64,000 nt of DNA from Squalus acanthias. Lineage: Eukaryota. The position numbers and the translations under genes were made by a program. The notes under the pieces were generated by a model. It was given only the letters and a program-made list of their open reading frames with translations, made no database searches and had not been told where the DNA came from. Shown piece after piece: positions 41,342 through 51,963 of the stretch. The stretch is taken from assembly GCA_030390025.1 (NCBI GenBank), contig CM059425.1:166596001-166660000 (forward strand), in the 5' to 3' direction. The stretch's first letter is position 1, and each line of letters begins with the position of its first letter.

Positions 41342-41492
41342 ATTGATTCTGTGAATTCCTATTAAGACTAGTAGGGGCACCAAACAGCAGTCAAGAAATA
41401 ATGCATTGGGCCAACTATACAGTCACTCAAATTTATTATTTAATCTCTGTGAGAGTGTCTAACTCATCACTGTAGTTGATCGTAATATACAT

Positions 41493-43535
41493 ACAACAAC
41501 AACTTGCATTTATATAGCATCTTTAATGTAGTAAAACGTCCCATGGCATTATCAGACAAAATTTGACACCGAGTTACATAAAGAGATATTAGGACAGGTG
41601 ACCAAAACCTTGAGAAAGAGGTAGGTTTTAAGAAGTGACTTAAACGAAGAGAGAAAGGTAGAGAGACAGAGAGGTTTAGGGAGAGAATTCTAGAGCTTAG
41701 GTCCCAGGCAGCTGAAAGCACAGCCGCCAATGGTGGAGCAATGGAAATCAGAGATGCACAAGAGGAGCACTGAGATCTCAGAGGGCTGTGGGGCTGGAGG
41801 AGGTTACAGAGATAGGGAGGGGCGAAGCTATGGAAGAATTTGAACACAAGGATGAGAATTTTAAAATGGAGGCGTTGCCGGACCGGGAGCCAATGCAGGT
41901 CAGCGAGCACAAGGGTGATGGGTGAACGGGACTTGGTGCGAGTTAGGATACGAGCAAATGAGTTCTGGATGACCTCAAGTTTACAGAAAGTGGGTGGCTA
42001 GTCAGGAGTGCATTGGAATAGTTGAATCTGGAGGTAAGAAAAGCATGGATGAGGGTTTTAGCAGCAGATGGGCTGAGGCAGAGAGGGGTGCTATTACTGA
42101 AGTGGAAGTAGGCGGGTTTCACTGAGTGCCCTGCACTCGGACATCCTATGAACATTGCAGCAGGAAAATATATTGGTGATTGAGAGGATATGGGGTCAGA
42201 AGTTCATCTCAGGGTCAAATAGGATGCTGAGGTTGTAATCAGTCCAGTTCAGCCACAGACAGTGGACAGGGAGGAGGATGGAGTCGGTGGCTAGGGAACG
42301 AAGTTTGTGGCAGGGACCGAAGACTATGGCAGGAATTTTCTCAAGGGAGGTGGGTTGGAGCCGGGGGGCTTCTGATGTGGGCGGGAAACCCGGGAGGCCG
42401 GGTTTCCCACAGGTCCTGCCAACTTTACTGGTAGTGCCTGATTTAAATGTGAGGCCTCGGATTCCTGCCTGCAGCCAGCCAGATTGAGAGGCTGGCTGGC
42501 TGTGGGCGGCTAGGCCTCAGAAGCGAGGGGCCGGTCCGGGGAGGGATCGGCCAGGGTTGGGGATCGGGGGGAAGGAGAGGATCAGCCAGGGTCGGGGATT
42601 GGTGGGGTGGGGGGGAGTCGGGGGAAGAGGATCAGCCGGGGGAGGGGGAGAGGATCGGCCGGGGTCGGGGGGAGAGAATCGGCCAGGGTTGGGGGAAGGG
42701 GGAGAGGATCGGCTGCGGTCGGGGATCGGGGGGGGGCGGGGCACAGGATCGGCCGGGATCGTAGTGGGGGGGGGGGGGGGTGGCGAGGATCGGCCGGGGT
42801 CGGGGGAGGGGGGAGAGGATCAGCAGCGGTCGGAGATTGTGGGAGGGGGGAGGGCAGAGGATCGGCCGGGGGAGGGGGAGGGGGGAGAGGATCGGCTGCA
42901 GTCGGGGATTGGGGTGGGGGTGTCTGCCAGGGACTGCGGGGTTGGTCAGCCAGGGATGTTGGGGGGGGTCGGCTGGGGATCGGCAGGGGTGGAGAGAGGA
43001 TCGGGGCCGGCCACCGGAGGATTGTGGCCAGCCTCATCATCATCGTTGTGGGGGTGGGGGCGGGGCTGGGGGATGGGAGGCCTGGATGGGGGGAGGCCAG
43101 GGCTGGTGATCAGAGGCCTTGTGGGGGGTTTCCAATCATGGGGAGTGGGTTAGGCAGGGACCCTGGATCCAGGAGTTAGGTATAAAGCCACTTAACTCCT
43201 GGATGCAGCAGTCCCCACCACTGTTTAACAGTCGGGTTTCACAAATTGTGTAAAACCCGTCCACAGGCAGTTAAACACAAAATGGAGGGGAAAAAAGAGG
43301 CTTCCAGCCTTATTACAATATTTAAATTGAGGTACTGCCCCCTGGGAACGGGTTGGTCACCCGCCCCGCCCCATCCTGCCTCCGGCAAAACCGAAAATGG
43401 GCGGGTTGGTGGCAGGATCAGGTCGGGAATCCCATTTTTATCACTTCAACTGCCCCAACCCTCCAAACCTACACGTATTTTTAAGGGAAAATACCGGCCT
43501 ATGGCTTTGGCCTTCCCTATATTTAATTGGAGGTG
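41493..43535 (-). mobile_element. L2-clade LINE fragment, interrupted by the MITE at 42328-43499
   Basis: LADLHWLPVRQRLHFKILILVFK..APPYLCNLL; homologous to 12505-13300; L2 sequence resumes at 43500. Confidence 0.8.
42328..43499. mobile_element. Harbinger-type MITE with G-rich GGATCGG minisatellite
   Basis: TIR GGCAGGAATTTTC / GAAAATACCGGCC; TSD TAT; cleanly interrupts the L2. Confidence 0.8.
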
Positions 43536-43988
43536 ATTTCTGCTCATCCAATACCGGATGTCGGACAAGCAGCATGACAAATCATATGAAAGCATGTGTA
43601 TGATCCTATAGTACATGTGTATCATACAAGAGCTGAATACTACTTTTTTTCCTCTTTTAATTTTCTCCCCGTCTCTGTTAAAGGTGGTAACTCATATTGG
43701 GGTACAGTTCCATGGCACTGGTGTCTTCATGTGTGTTGCAAATTGTGAAATTAATGAGGAACAATTTTCATGAGGGGGCGAGTGAAGCTCGGCCTGCACC
43801 TTCAGTGCCTGTTGCTGAGATTTTACTGAGGTGGCAGGGGTTGTTCCTGGCCTCCTACTTTATTTTCCTGCTGCAATGTTTGTACGGTGTCCGAGTGCAG
43901 GGGCGCTCAGCGAAACCCGCTGCTGTGACCTGCCCTGGACCCCTGCCTACCAAACGGTATGTGGAAGACCCGGGGCAGCCCGAAGAAA

Positions 43989-44240
43989 TGTAGAATTCGC
44001 AATATATCGCGATTTTATTAATAAGGAGAAAAACACATAGTTTCGTTCAAACAGCTTTTATTTCAGCAGAATGCTGTCAGGTTTCAAAGTGGACACAAGC
44101 AGCTTGTAAAATGGCCGCCGCACCTCGTGGCGGAACATTCTAGACTTTTCGACAGGCAGACAAGATGGCGTTCCAATAAACATTTGTGCAAGATCGATTA
44201 AGATTCAGCACATTGAAGATAATACACGAGACATCTTGGG
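43989..44240 (+). repeat. Partial LTR (first 252 bp of U3)
   Basis: Matches 45460-45711 and 59932-60183 except for one mismatch seen (44214). Confidence 0.95.
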
Positions 44241-45459
44241 GGAGCCCACATTCGCTATGCAGCGGTTCCACCTTACGTCATCCGCTGGGAGCAAACGATG
44301 ACAGGTACAGATCTCTCTGGTTGTCGTGGCAGGGGAGCACACATAATACTGTGTCCCCAGCACTTGAATGCCTTTTTAACACCACAGTGCGGGTTCAGAA
44401 CGGCTGGCGCCAAGTCCATGAGGCAATGGCACAAGATCATGTGCCTCCGCAGGTAGCATACATCGGGGGTGGAACATATTGTGTTACCACTGCAGCGCAA
44501 CACTACCAGCATGGAAACCGTAGCCGGTGTCCGGTGAGTGACAGCAGTTTCTGTTTCAAACCCAGGGCGGAAGTTCAAATAGCACAACAGCGAATTGTCC
44601 CAATCCCTGAACCATCCACTGTTCATCTTACAGTAAAAGAGAATTTCACCGACTTGCAGCGATTCGTCGCGCATTTCGGATACCTCATTCCCCCTCTCCC
44701 TGAACACCTCACCAAGCTTTTGAAAGCCGTCGCGATGTCACAGAAACATTTTTACACACTCGAGCAGAAAACTGTCGAAATAGGGACAGACATTCTGGAC
44801 ATAGTGATTCCACCGTGGTGGAATCTGTTCACCAATATTGAAGTACCTTCATGGATCAGGATAGCCTCCCACATTTTAGTAATATGCCAAGCTTTTATTG
44901 TGGTATACCTATTGGTCGTACATTGTAAAAGAGACAAACGCCTCACCAAGCACGAAAACACGGGAGAGTGGCGAGAACGTTACGTGCGCGTGCACGATGA
45001 AAGCACCGTGTGATCGGAAAATGGCGTCACTCCCGCTTGCCACGTGCGCCGCGGAAGTTTGTACTCGATCATGATTTTCAAAGACTGTAAATACGTTTGG
45101 AACTCGACATGTTTAAGAGTTGGTGTTGATTATTTTGGTGATGGTGTTGTTGTTGAAGATGATTGTTTGGTTTTGTTTTGTTTTTCCTTTCCCGAAATAA
45201 AAATGTGAATATACAGGTGATACGAGAGGCATCGGCCTGGTTACGCCTGGAAGGAAAACAAGTGGTGTAAGCTTAAAGGCAAATGATGCCTACGGTGATA
45301 TAAAATGTAATTTTCTTGGGAAATAAGGACGACGCAAAGACCCTAGATAGTTTAAGTTATGGGATTTAATTTACTGGATTCGGAGAAAATCAAGATAATA
45401 TTGCTCACCACTATATTTTTGATACGATAAGCGGAGTTATTCGCATCAACAGGAGGGAC
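44238..45459 (+). repeat. Duplicate of the env 3' part, 3' UTR and PPT
   Basis: Direct repeat of 58710-59931 (offset 14472), joined to the partial LTR at a GGG microhomology. Confidence 0.95.
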
Positions 45460-47071
45460 TGTAGAATTCGCAATATATCGCGATTTTATTAATAAGGAGA
45501 AAAACACATAGTTTCGTTCAAACAGCTTTTATTTCAGCAGAATGCTGTCAGGTTTCAAAGTGGACACAAGCAGCTTGTAAAATGGCCGCCGCACCTCGTG
45601 GCGGAACATTCTAGACTTTTCGACAGGCAGACAAGATGGCGTTCCAATAAACATTTGTGCAAGATCGATTAAGATTCAGCACATCGAAGATAATACACGA
45701 GACATCTTGGGTTTGCAGTATACACATAGATACTGAAATCGGTCTCCCAGGTACGAATGAAGGCTATTGTGCCCAGTAATCAAGAACCCATCCAAAGATA
45801 TTAATATGTAAAATCCCAACGACTCTACGATGAGAGAGCCGTTAGCGGGTAGTTACAGAAAACACTTGGAGGCCCCAAAACCCCTCCAGGGAGACTACCG
45901 ACCGATTAAACAATGGGAGAAATATTAACAGGTACTCAGGCATTTACGAGTCGCCCCGAAACCCATTAAAAACGGAAATCACCTATACAAGACATTTGAG
46001 CGCCAAACCCTAACAAAAGAAAAGACATTAAGGTTGGGCGGGAAACGGAAGATTTTGTACTATAATTACAAGCTCCAACCGTCCATCTCTCTCTTATCTT
46101 GCTGGTGTTCATCCTGGTGGCTGCTCCTGTGCTTTTGACTCGCCGTCTTGTTCCTGTTTGCCTCGTGTCCCTTTTAAAAGACTGTTGAACTTTGTGATCC
46201 GCTCGGATCTACCTCGTGTCGTGTCACGAAGACCTGTGTTGGTAACCGGTATCGGAACCAAAGGCCCGAGAAGAGATGAGATGAGATGAGATGAGAAGAG
46301 ACGAAGACCATACTTATCGCCACGGTCAGTAAGCCCCGACCGCGCCTGTAGGTCGAATTGACATTTTTTCCTTGCCAGGAAGACTTCTTTGAACTTTAAA
46401 GAACGGACACCGGGAGATTCTTCTCTTAAGTGTTGACTGGAAAGTGAAACCCACAAACACAGATCTTCATAACAGCAGACGTTCCAGCCTGCTAGCCGGA
46501 GCAGAAACGAGTAAACAAGTGGGGCCAGGAGACCCCCTGATCGACACGTGGGTGCTGCGGTGAAAACATCCGATCAGATATTCGGAATTTCTCCGAGTTA
46601 TCACGAGTGGTGAGCATGAGTCTCGAATCCTACGAATCTAGTTTAGAATAGGTATTGATAGGGGAGGGTTTAAGTATTAAGGATAATTGTAATGTGTGCC
46701 CCCATTTACGGTGTGTCGTTCGTTCCTCGTTTCCCTGAAATCAGTTACATGACTGCGTGTAAGATTGTACTGTCATTAATCTGTGCTTATGACATGTATT
46801 TCGTAATCTTAAATATTATGCAATAAAGATTTTCCATTTCGTACCATTCAACCGAGTCTACCTGAGTTTCATCTCCATTACTGCTCTCGCATCTAAGTCC
46901 AGTGTCTAGAACCGTAAGGGCGAGTGATTCGAACCACTCACAGGTGTGTCTAGTGCTCCCAGACTGGCTGGAGACCAGAACAGGCAACAAGGCCTAAACC
47001 CGCACTGACATACAGGCTGCACAGAGCCACGTGAATCTCACAGGCTGAGGGACACGTCAGAAACCCTTACA
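45460..47071 (+). repeat. 5' LTR (1612 bp)
   Basis: TGTAGAATT...CCTTACA; near-identical to 59932-61543, with one mismatch seen (47050/61522). Confidence 0.97.
46036..46095 (+). promoter_or_regulatory. Putative LTR core promoter (GC box, CGGAAG, TATAATTA, pyrimidine-rich initiator)
   Basis: GGGCGGG at ~46036, TATAATTA at 46061, CTCTCTCTT ~27 nt downstream; candidate poly(A) signal AATAAA at 46822. Confidence 0.55.
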
Positions 47072-47075
47072 GAAA

Positions 47076-50009
47076 ATGGCGACTGCGGCAGGACACTGGC
47101 AGCGAGAGGGTAGTGTGTTAGATTTTGGTGTGACTGTACGAAATGTTATGCAGGAAAAGATAGCCACAAAGCATAGAACTAAGTGCCACAAAGCATATTT
47201 GAAAGTTCTCTATCTGAATGCACGTAGCATTCGTAACAAAATAGATGAGTTAATGGCACAAATAACTACATATGGTTATGATATTGTGGCCATTACAGAA
47301 ACATGGCTGCAGGGTGACAATGCCTGGGAATTAAACATACCAGGTTATTTAACGATCAGGAAGGACAGGCAGGAAGGAAGGGGAGGTGGGGTGGCTATGT
47401 TAATAAAGGAAGGAATCACTGTAATACAAAGTAATGATATTGGGTCAAAAAATCATGATAATGAAACAGTTTGGGTGGAGATAAGGAATAATAAGGGGAA
47501 AAAAACATTAGTGGGCGTAGTCTATAGGCCTCCGAACAGTTGCAACTCTATTGGACGGAGTATCAATCAGGAAATAGTTGAGGCATGTAATAAGGGAACA
47601 TCTATAATTATGGGGGATTTTAACTATCATATTAATTGGACAAATCAAATGGGGCAGGGCTGCCTTGAGGATGAGTTCATTGAGTGTATTAGGGATGGGT
47701 TTCTTGAGCAGTATGTAACTGAACCGACCAGGGGGCAAGCAACCTTAGATCTGGTCCTGTGCAACGAGACAGGATTAATTAAAAATGTCCTAGTAAAGGA
47801 TCCCCTTGGAATGAGTGACCATAACATGGTTGAATTCCATATTCAATTAGAGGGTGAGAAGGTTGGATCTCAAACAAGCGTGCTAAGCTTGAATAAAGGA
47901 GACTATGAAGGTATGCGAGCGGAATTGAGTAGAGTGGATTGGGAAAATAGATTAAAGGGTAAGACGACACATGATCAGTGGTGTACATTCAAGGAGTTAT
48001 TTTACAACTTCCAAAAAAAATATATTCCACTGAAAAGAAAAGGGTGTAAAAGAAAGGACAGTCATCCGTGGCTAAGTAAAGAAATTAAGGATAGTATTCG
48101 ACTAAAAACAAGGGCATATAAGGTAGCGAAATCTAGTGGGAGGACAGAGGATTGGGAAAACTTTAAAAGGCAGCAAAAAATAACAAAAAGATTGATTAAG
48201 AAAGGGAAGATAGATTATGAAAGTAAATTAGCAAAAAATATAAAAACAGATAGTAAGAGTTTTTATAGTTATATAAAAAGAAAAAGGGTGGCTAAAGTAA
48301 ATGTTGGTCCCTTAGAGGATGAGACCGGGAAATTAATGGTGGGAAATATGGAGATGGCAAAAACACTGAATGAATATTTTGTATCAGTCTTTACAGTAGA
48401 GGACACTAAGAATATCCCAACACTGGACAAACAGGGGGCTATAGGGGGAGAGGAGCTAAACACGATCAAAATCACTAAGGAAGTGGTACTCGGTAAAATA
48501 ATGGGACTCAAGGCGGATAAATCACCTGGACCTGATGGCTTACATCCTAGAGTCTTGAAGGAAGTGGCGGTAGGGATTGTAGATGCATTGGTAATAATTT
48601 TTCAAAACTCCCTGGATTCCGCTAAGGTCCCGGCAGACTGGAAAACTGCTAATGTAACACCCTTATTTAAAAAGGGCAGTAGACAGAAGGCTGGTAACTA
48701 TAGACCGGTTAGCCTAACATCTGTGGTAGGTAAAATTTTGGAGTCCATTATTAAGGAAACAGTAACAGGACATTTGGATAATCATAATTTAATAGGACAA
48801 AGTCAGCATGGTTTTACGAAGGGGAAGTCATGTTTGACAAATTTGCTGGAGTTCTTTGAGGAAGTAACATATAGAGTGGATAAAGGGGAACCAGTGGACG
48901 TAGTGTATTTAGACTTCCAAAAGGCATTTGACAAGGTGCCACACAAAAGATTATTGCTTAAGGTAAAAAATCACGGAATTGGGGGTAATATTCTGGCATG
49001 GATAGAGGATTGGCTATCTAACAGAAAGCAAAGAGTTGGGATAAATGGTTCATTCTCAGACTGGCAATCAGTAACTAGTGGTGTTCCACAGGGGTCAGTG
49101 CTGGGTCCCCAACTCTTCACAATCTATATTAACGATTTGGAGGAAGGGACCAAGTGTAACATATCAAAATTTGCAGATGATACAAAGATGGGAGGGAAAG
49201 TAGTGAATGAGGAGGACATAAAAAACCTGCAAGGGGACATAGACAGGCTAAGTAAGTGGGCAGAGATTTGGCAGATGGAATACAACACTGGAAAGTGTGA
49301 GGTGATGCACTTTGGCAGGAAAAATCCTAGAGCAATTTATTATCTTAATGGCAAGAAACTGGAGAGTACTGAAGTGCAAAGGGATCTGGGGGTCCTGGTG
49401 CACGAAACTCAAAAGGTTAGTATGCAGGTGCAGCAAGTGATTAAGAAGGCAAATGGAATGTTGGCTTTCATTGCTAGGGGGATAGAATATAAAAATAGGG
49501 AGGTATTGCTTCAGTTGTACAAGGTATTGGTGAGACCGCACCTGGAATACTGCATACAGTTTTGGTGTCCTTACTTAAGGAAAGACATCCTTGCTCTCGA
49601 GGCAGTGCAAAAAAGGTTCATTCGGTTAATCCCGGGGATGAGGGGGTGGTCATATGAGGAGAGGTTGGGTAGATTGGGACTCTACTCATTGGAGTTCAGA
49701 AGAATGAGAGGCGATCTTATTGAAACATATAAGATTGTGAAGGGGTTGGATCGGGTGGATGCGGGGAGGATGTTCCCGATGACGGGTGAGACGAGAACTA
49801 GGGGACATAGTCTTAGAATAAGGGGCTGCTCTTTCAAAACTGAGATGAGGAGGAACTACTTCACTCAGAGGGTGGTAGGTCCATGGAATATGCTGCCACA
49901 AAAAGCTGTAGAAGCTACAACATTAATTAAATTTAAAACAGAAATAGACAGTTTCCTAGAAGTAAAGGGCATTAAGGGTTACGGGGAGCGGGCAGGAATT
50001 TGGACATGA
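47076..50009 (+). CDS. Uninterrupted 977-aa ORF: 23 Gag residues fused to complete CR1 ORF2 (AP endonuclease + reverse transcriptase)
   Basis: NARS, TETW, YRPP, GDFN and SDH endonuclease motifs; [18 protein letters not shown] and FADD RT motifs; no stop codon. The ATG overlaps the PBS. Confidence 0.85.
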   Translation: MATAAGHWQREGSVLDFGVTVRNVMQEKIATKHRTKCHKAYLKVLYLNARSIRNKIDELMAQITTYGYDIVAITETWLQGDNAWELNIPGYLTIRKDRQEGRGGGVAMLIKEGITVIQSNDIGSKNHDNETVWVEIRNNKGKKTLVGVVYRPPNSCNSIGRSINQEIVEACNKGTSIIMGDFNYHINWTNQMGQGCLEDEFIECIRDGFLEQYVTEPTRGQATLDLVLCNETGLIKNVLVKDPLGMSDHNMVEFHIQLEGEKVGSQTSVLSLNKGDYEGMRAELSRVDWENRLKGKTTHDQWCTFKELFYNFQKKYIPLKRKGCKRKDSHPWLSKEIKDSIRLKTRAYKVAKSSGRTEDWENFKRQQKITKRLIKKGKIDYESKLAKNIKTDSKSFYSYIKRKRVAKVNVGPLEDETGKLMVGNMEMAKTLNEYFVSVFTVEDTKNIPTLDKQGAIGGEELNTIKITKEVVLGKIMGLKADKSPGPDGLHPRVLKEVAVGIVDALVIIFQNSLDSAKVPADWKTANVTPLFKKGSRQKAGNYRPVSLTSVVGKILESIIKETVTGHLDNHNLIGQSQHGFTKGKSCLTNLLEFFEEVTYRVDKGEPVDVVYLDFQKAFDKVPHKRLLLKVKNHGIGGNILAWIEDWLSNRKQRVGINGSFSDWQSVTSGVPQGSVLGPQLFTIYINDLEEGTKCNISKFADDTKMGGKVVNEEDIKNLQGDIDRLSKWAEIWQMEYNTGKCEVMHFGRKNPRAIYYLNGKKLESTEVQRDLGVLVHETQKVSMQVQQVIKKANGMLAFIARGIEYKNREVLLQLYKVLVRPHLEYCIQFWCPYLRKDILALEAVQKRFIRLIPGMRGWSYEERLGRLGLYSLEFRRMRGDLIETYKIVKGLDRVDAGRMFPMTGETRTRGHSLRIRGCSFKTEMRRNYFTQRVVGPWNMLPQKAVEATTLIKFKTEIDSFLEVKGIKGYGERAGIWT
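47077..47094 (+). promoter_or_regulatory. Primer-binding site, tRNA-Ser-like (imperfect)
   Basis: TGGCGACTGCGGCAGGAC, 5 nt after the LTR; resembles the complement of the tRNA-Ser 3' end (TGGCGTAGTCGGCAGGAT). Confidence 0.6.
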
Positions 50010-50248
50010 GTCTAGGTTCGGATCGGTCATGGCCCTGTGGGTAGTGGAGCGGGCCCAGGGACTGTGTAGCCTGATTCTGCTCCTATTTCGTGTGTGCAAT
50101 TCTGTTAGATGCAGGAGATGGTTCTGTGATAGATAGTAGATTGGCGGTTAGGATCAGATCAGCCATGATCTTATTGAATGGCGGAGCAGGCTCGAGGGGC
50201 CGATTGGCCTACTCCTGCTCCTATTTCTTATGTTCTTATGTTCTTATT
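47146..50248 (+). mobile_element. Young CR1 LINE, 5'-truncated at the start of ORF2, inserted in gag
   Basis: (TTCTTATG)n tail ends at ~50247. Flanked by ATG (47143-47145, 50249-50251); removing the insert and one ATG restores the gag frame. Confidence 0.9.
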
Positions 50249-50251
50249 ATG

Positions 50252-51963
50252 TGTTCGGAAAGGTTAATCTAACTAAGAAATGGATAAGTGAATTGTTAGC
50301 GGATAAGAGTCCACTAGAGGCAGCCGAAAGGTGGACAGATAGTAAGGAACATAAAAAGACAATCGAGAAAGCAGTCTGGCTAATGTGTTACAAAAGGCAG
50401 GTCCAGATTTCAAACCAGGTCATTACAGCGCTAACAGCTCGAATCAGTCATTTAGAGGGAGAAATGGATGAGAAGGTCTCTGGAGGGGAATTGCTCATTA
50501 GGAATTTAAGTGCGCTGCACCAAGAACGCCAGGAAATCTCCAGTCACCATAAAACAAGGATAGATTACCTCGAGTGCCAGGTCACTGAGGCAAAGTTAAG
50601 TGAGGGCAGACTAAAGGAACGATGTGCCCGCCAAGCTGCCCAGATAAGAACTCAGGAAGAGAGCTTAACGGGGGTTAGGGCGGCATATAAGTTGGCCCTT
50701 GAGGATAAATTTCAGGGGGCCGATCATAGCGCCTGCCAAAAAGAGATAGAGCACCTTAAAAAGGCCGTGAACAAAGCGCACGGCATGGTGTGCCTTATCA
50801 GTCCGTCAGCACACCAGCCGCTAGTAAATGAGGAGTTTCAGAAATCCCCACCAAGTAAAGCAGAGGAAGTATTAGCCACTGTGCCCTCCGCGCCACCCAG
50901 CTATTCGGAAACCTGGGTAAGGGAGGAAGTAGTGGAAGAAACGAAAGAGCCCATTGAGAAAGAAGTGGAAAAGGGACCGTTGTATCCAGTTACGGGTATA
51001 AAAAGGGGCCCAAACAGAAACGGTGGGGAGGAACCAGGGGATCTCCTCGGCCAGCTTGTGTTGCCTCACAGCTCACACCAGCTGAGAGTTATGATAAATC
51101 ACGTACGGAAGCTGACCGAGACCGACGACCCTTCCGTACATTTCAGAGAAATTGAGCAAACCGCAGCCATCAACGGCTGCGATGATGGGGAAACAGCAAA
51201 AATGCTGTTATTTTCGTTAGGCAGTGCAATCCTTCAGTGTCTCTCGGACGAGAGCAAGAGGGGAACCAAGACTTATGAGGCATTGAAAAATGAGGTCCTA
51301 GAAGTGTTGGGGGCGGACGATGAAGGTCCGTTTGCTAGAGTGGGACAGACAGTGCAGATGGAGGGAGAACCCCCGAAGGTTTTTGCCGACAGGCTGTGGC
51401 CAGTATATCAGCGCAGCTGTCCAGGTACGCCAGAGCGCGACGATATGGACGGCGCCGGTTTAAATCATTGGCTTAGGTGCATAGTAGCCAACAGTTTACC
51501 AGCCGTCAGAGAGCAGGCAAAAGCGTGGTTTGATCCCAATGACCCCAACATTACGGAAGAGTCGGTTTTGAATCGACTCACGATAGGATATCGCAATATC
51601 AGGGGTATGGGAACGCGTCCCCTTAAGGGAAAAGTACATGAGGTACGACCCGCAGCCCCATATCAAAGGGAGTGGCATCAGGAGGGTAATCGCGCCCCGC
51701 AGGCAATTAATGCTTGTTACGGGTGTGGGAAGACAGGGCACTGGCGCAAGAACTGTAGGAACCCTTGGAAGGATTCCAGGGATAAAATTCCCGCAGCCCG
51801 AGCCCAGACGCCTGTCCCTGCTAGGGAAGCTAGTGCACCCACCCTTTCCAACGACCTCGAATCAGTGTTGGGAGCCATGCGCAACTTCATGAGTGCACAT
51901 GGAAAGGTGGCGGTTGCTACCGGCCCCGTAGGTGCCGCAGGACCGTCTAACCATACCCAATGA
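50252..51963 (+). pseudogene. gag: gag, main part (N-terminal 23 codons at 47076-47145; reconstructed length 593 aa)
   Basis: Predicted coiled-coil N-terminal half, PSAPPSY (50884-50904), capsid-like region (VGQTVQMEGEPPKVFADRL) and CCHC knuckle CYGCGKTGHWRKNC (51715-51756). Confidence 0.88.

Noticed and set aside
42517..43179. Gly/Pro-rich ORFs on both strands
   Set aside because: These are translations of a G-rich minisatellite that lacks stop codons.
44186..45013. 275-aa ORF as a separate accessory gene
   Set aside because: It is the duplicated env tail read from a GTG in the LTR stub; its N-terminal part is off-frame env sequence.
46109..46456. 115-aa antisense ORF in both LTRs
   Set aside because: No recognisable motif and a non-ATG start; it appears twice only because the LTR is duplicated.
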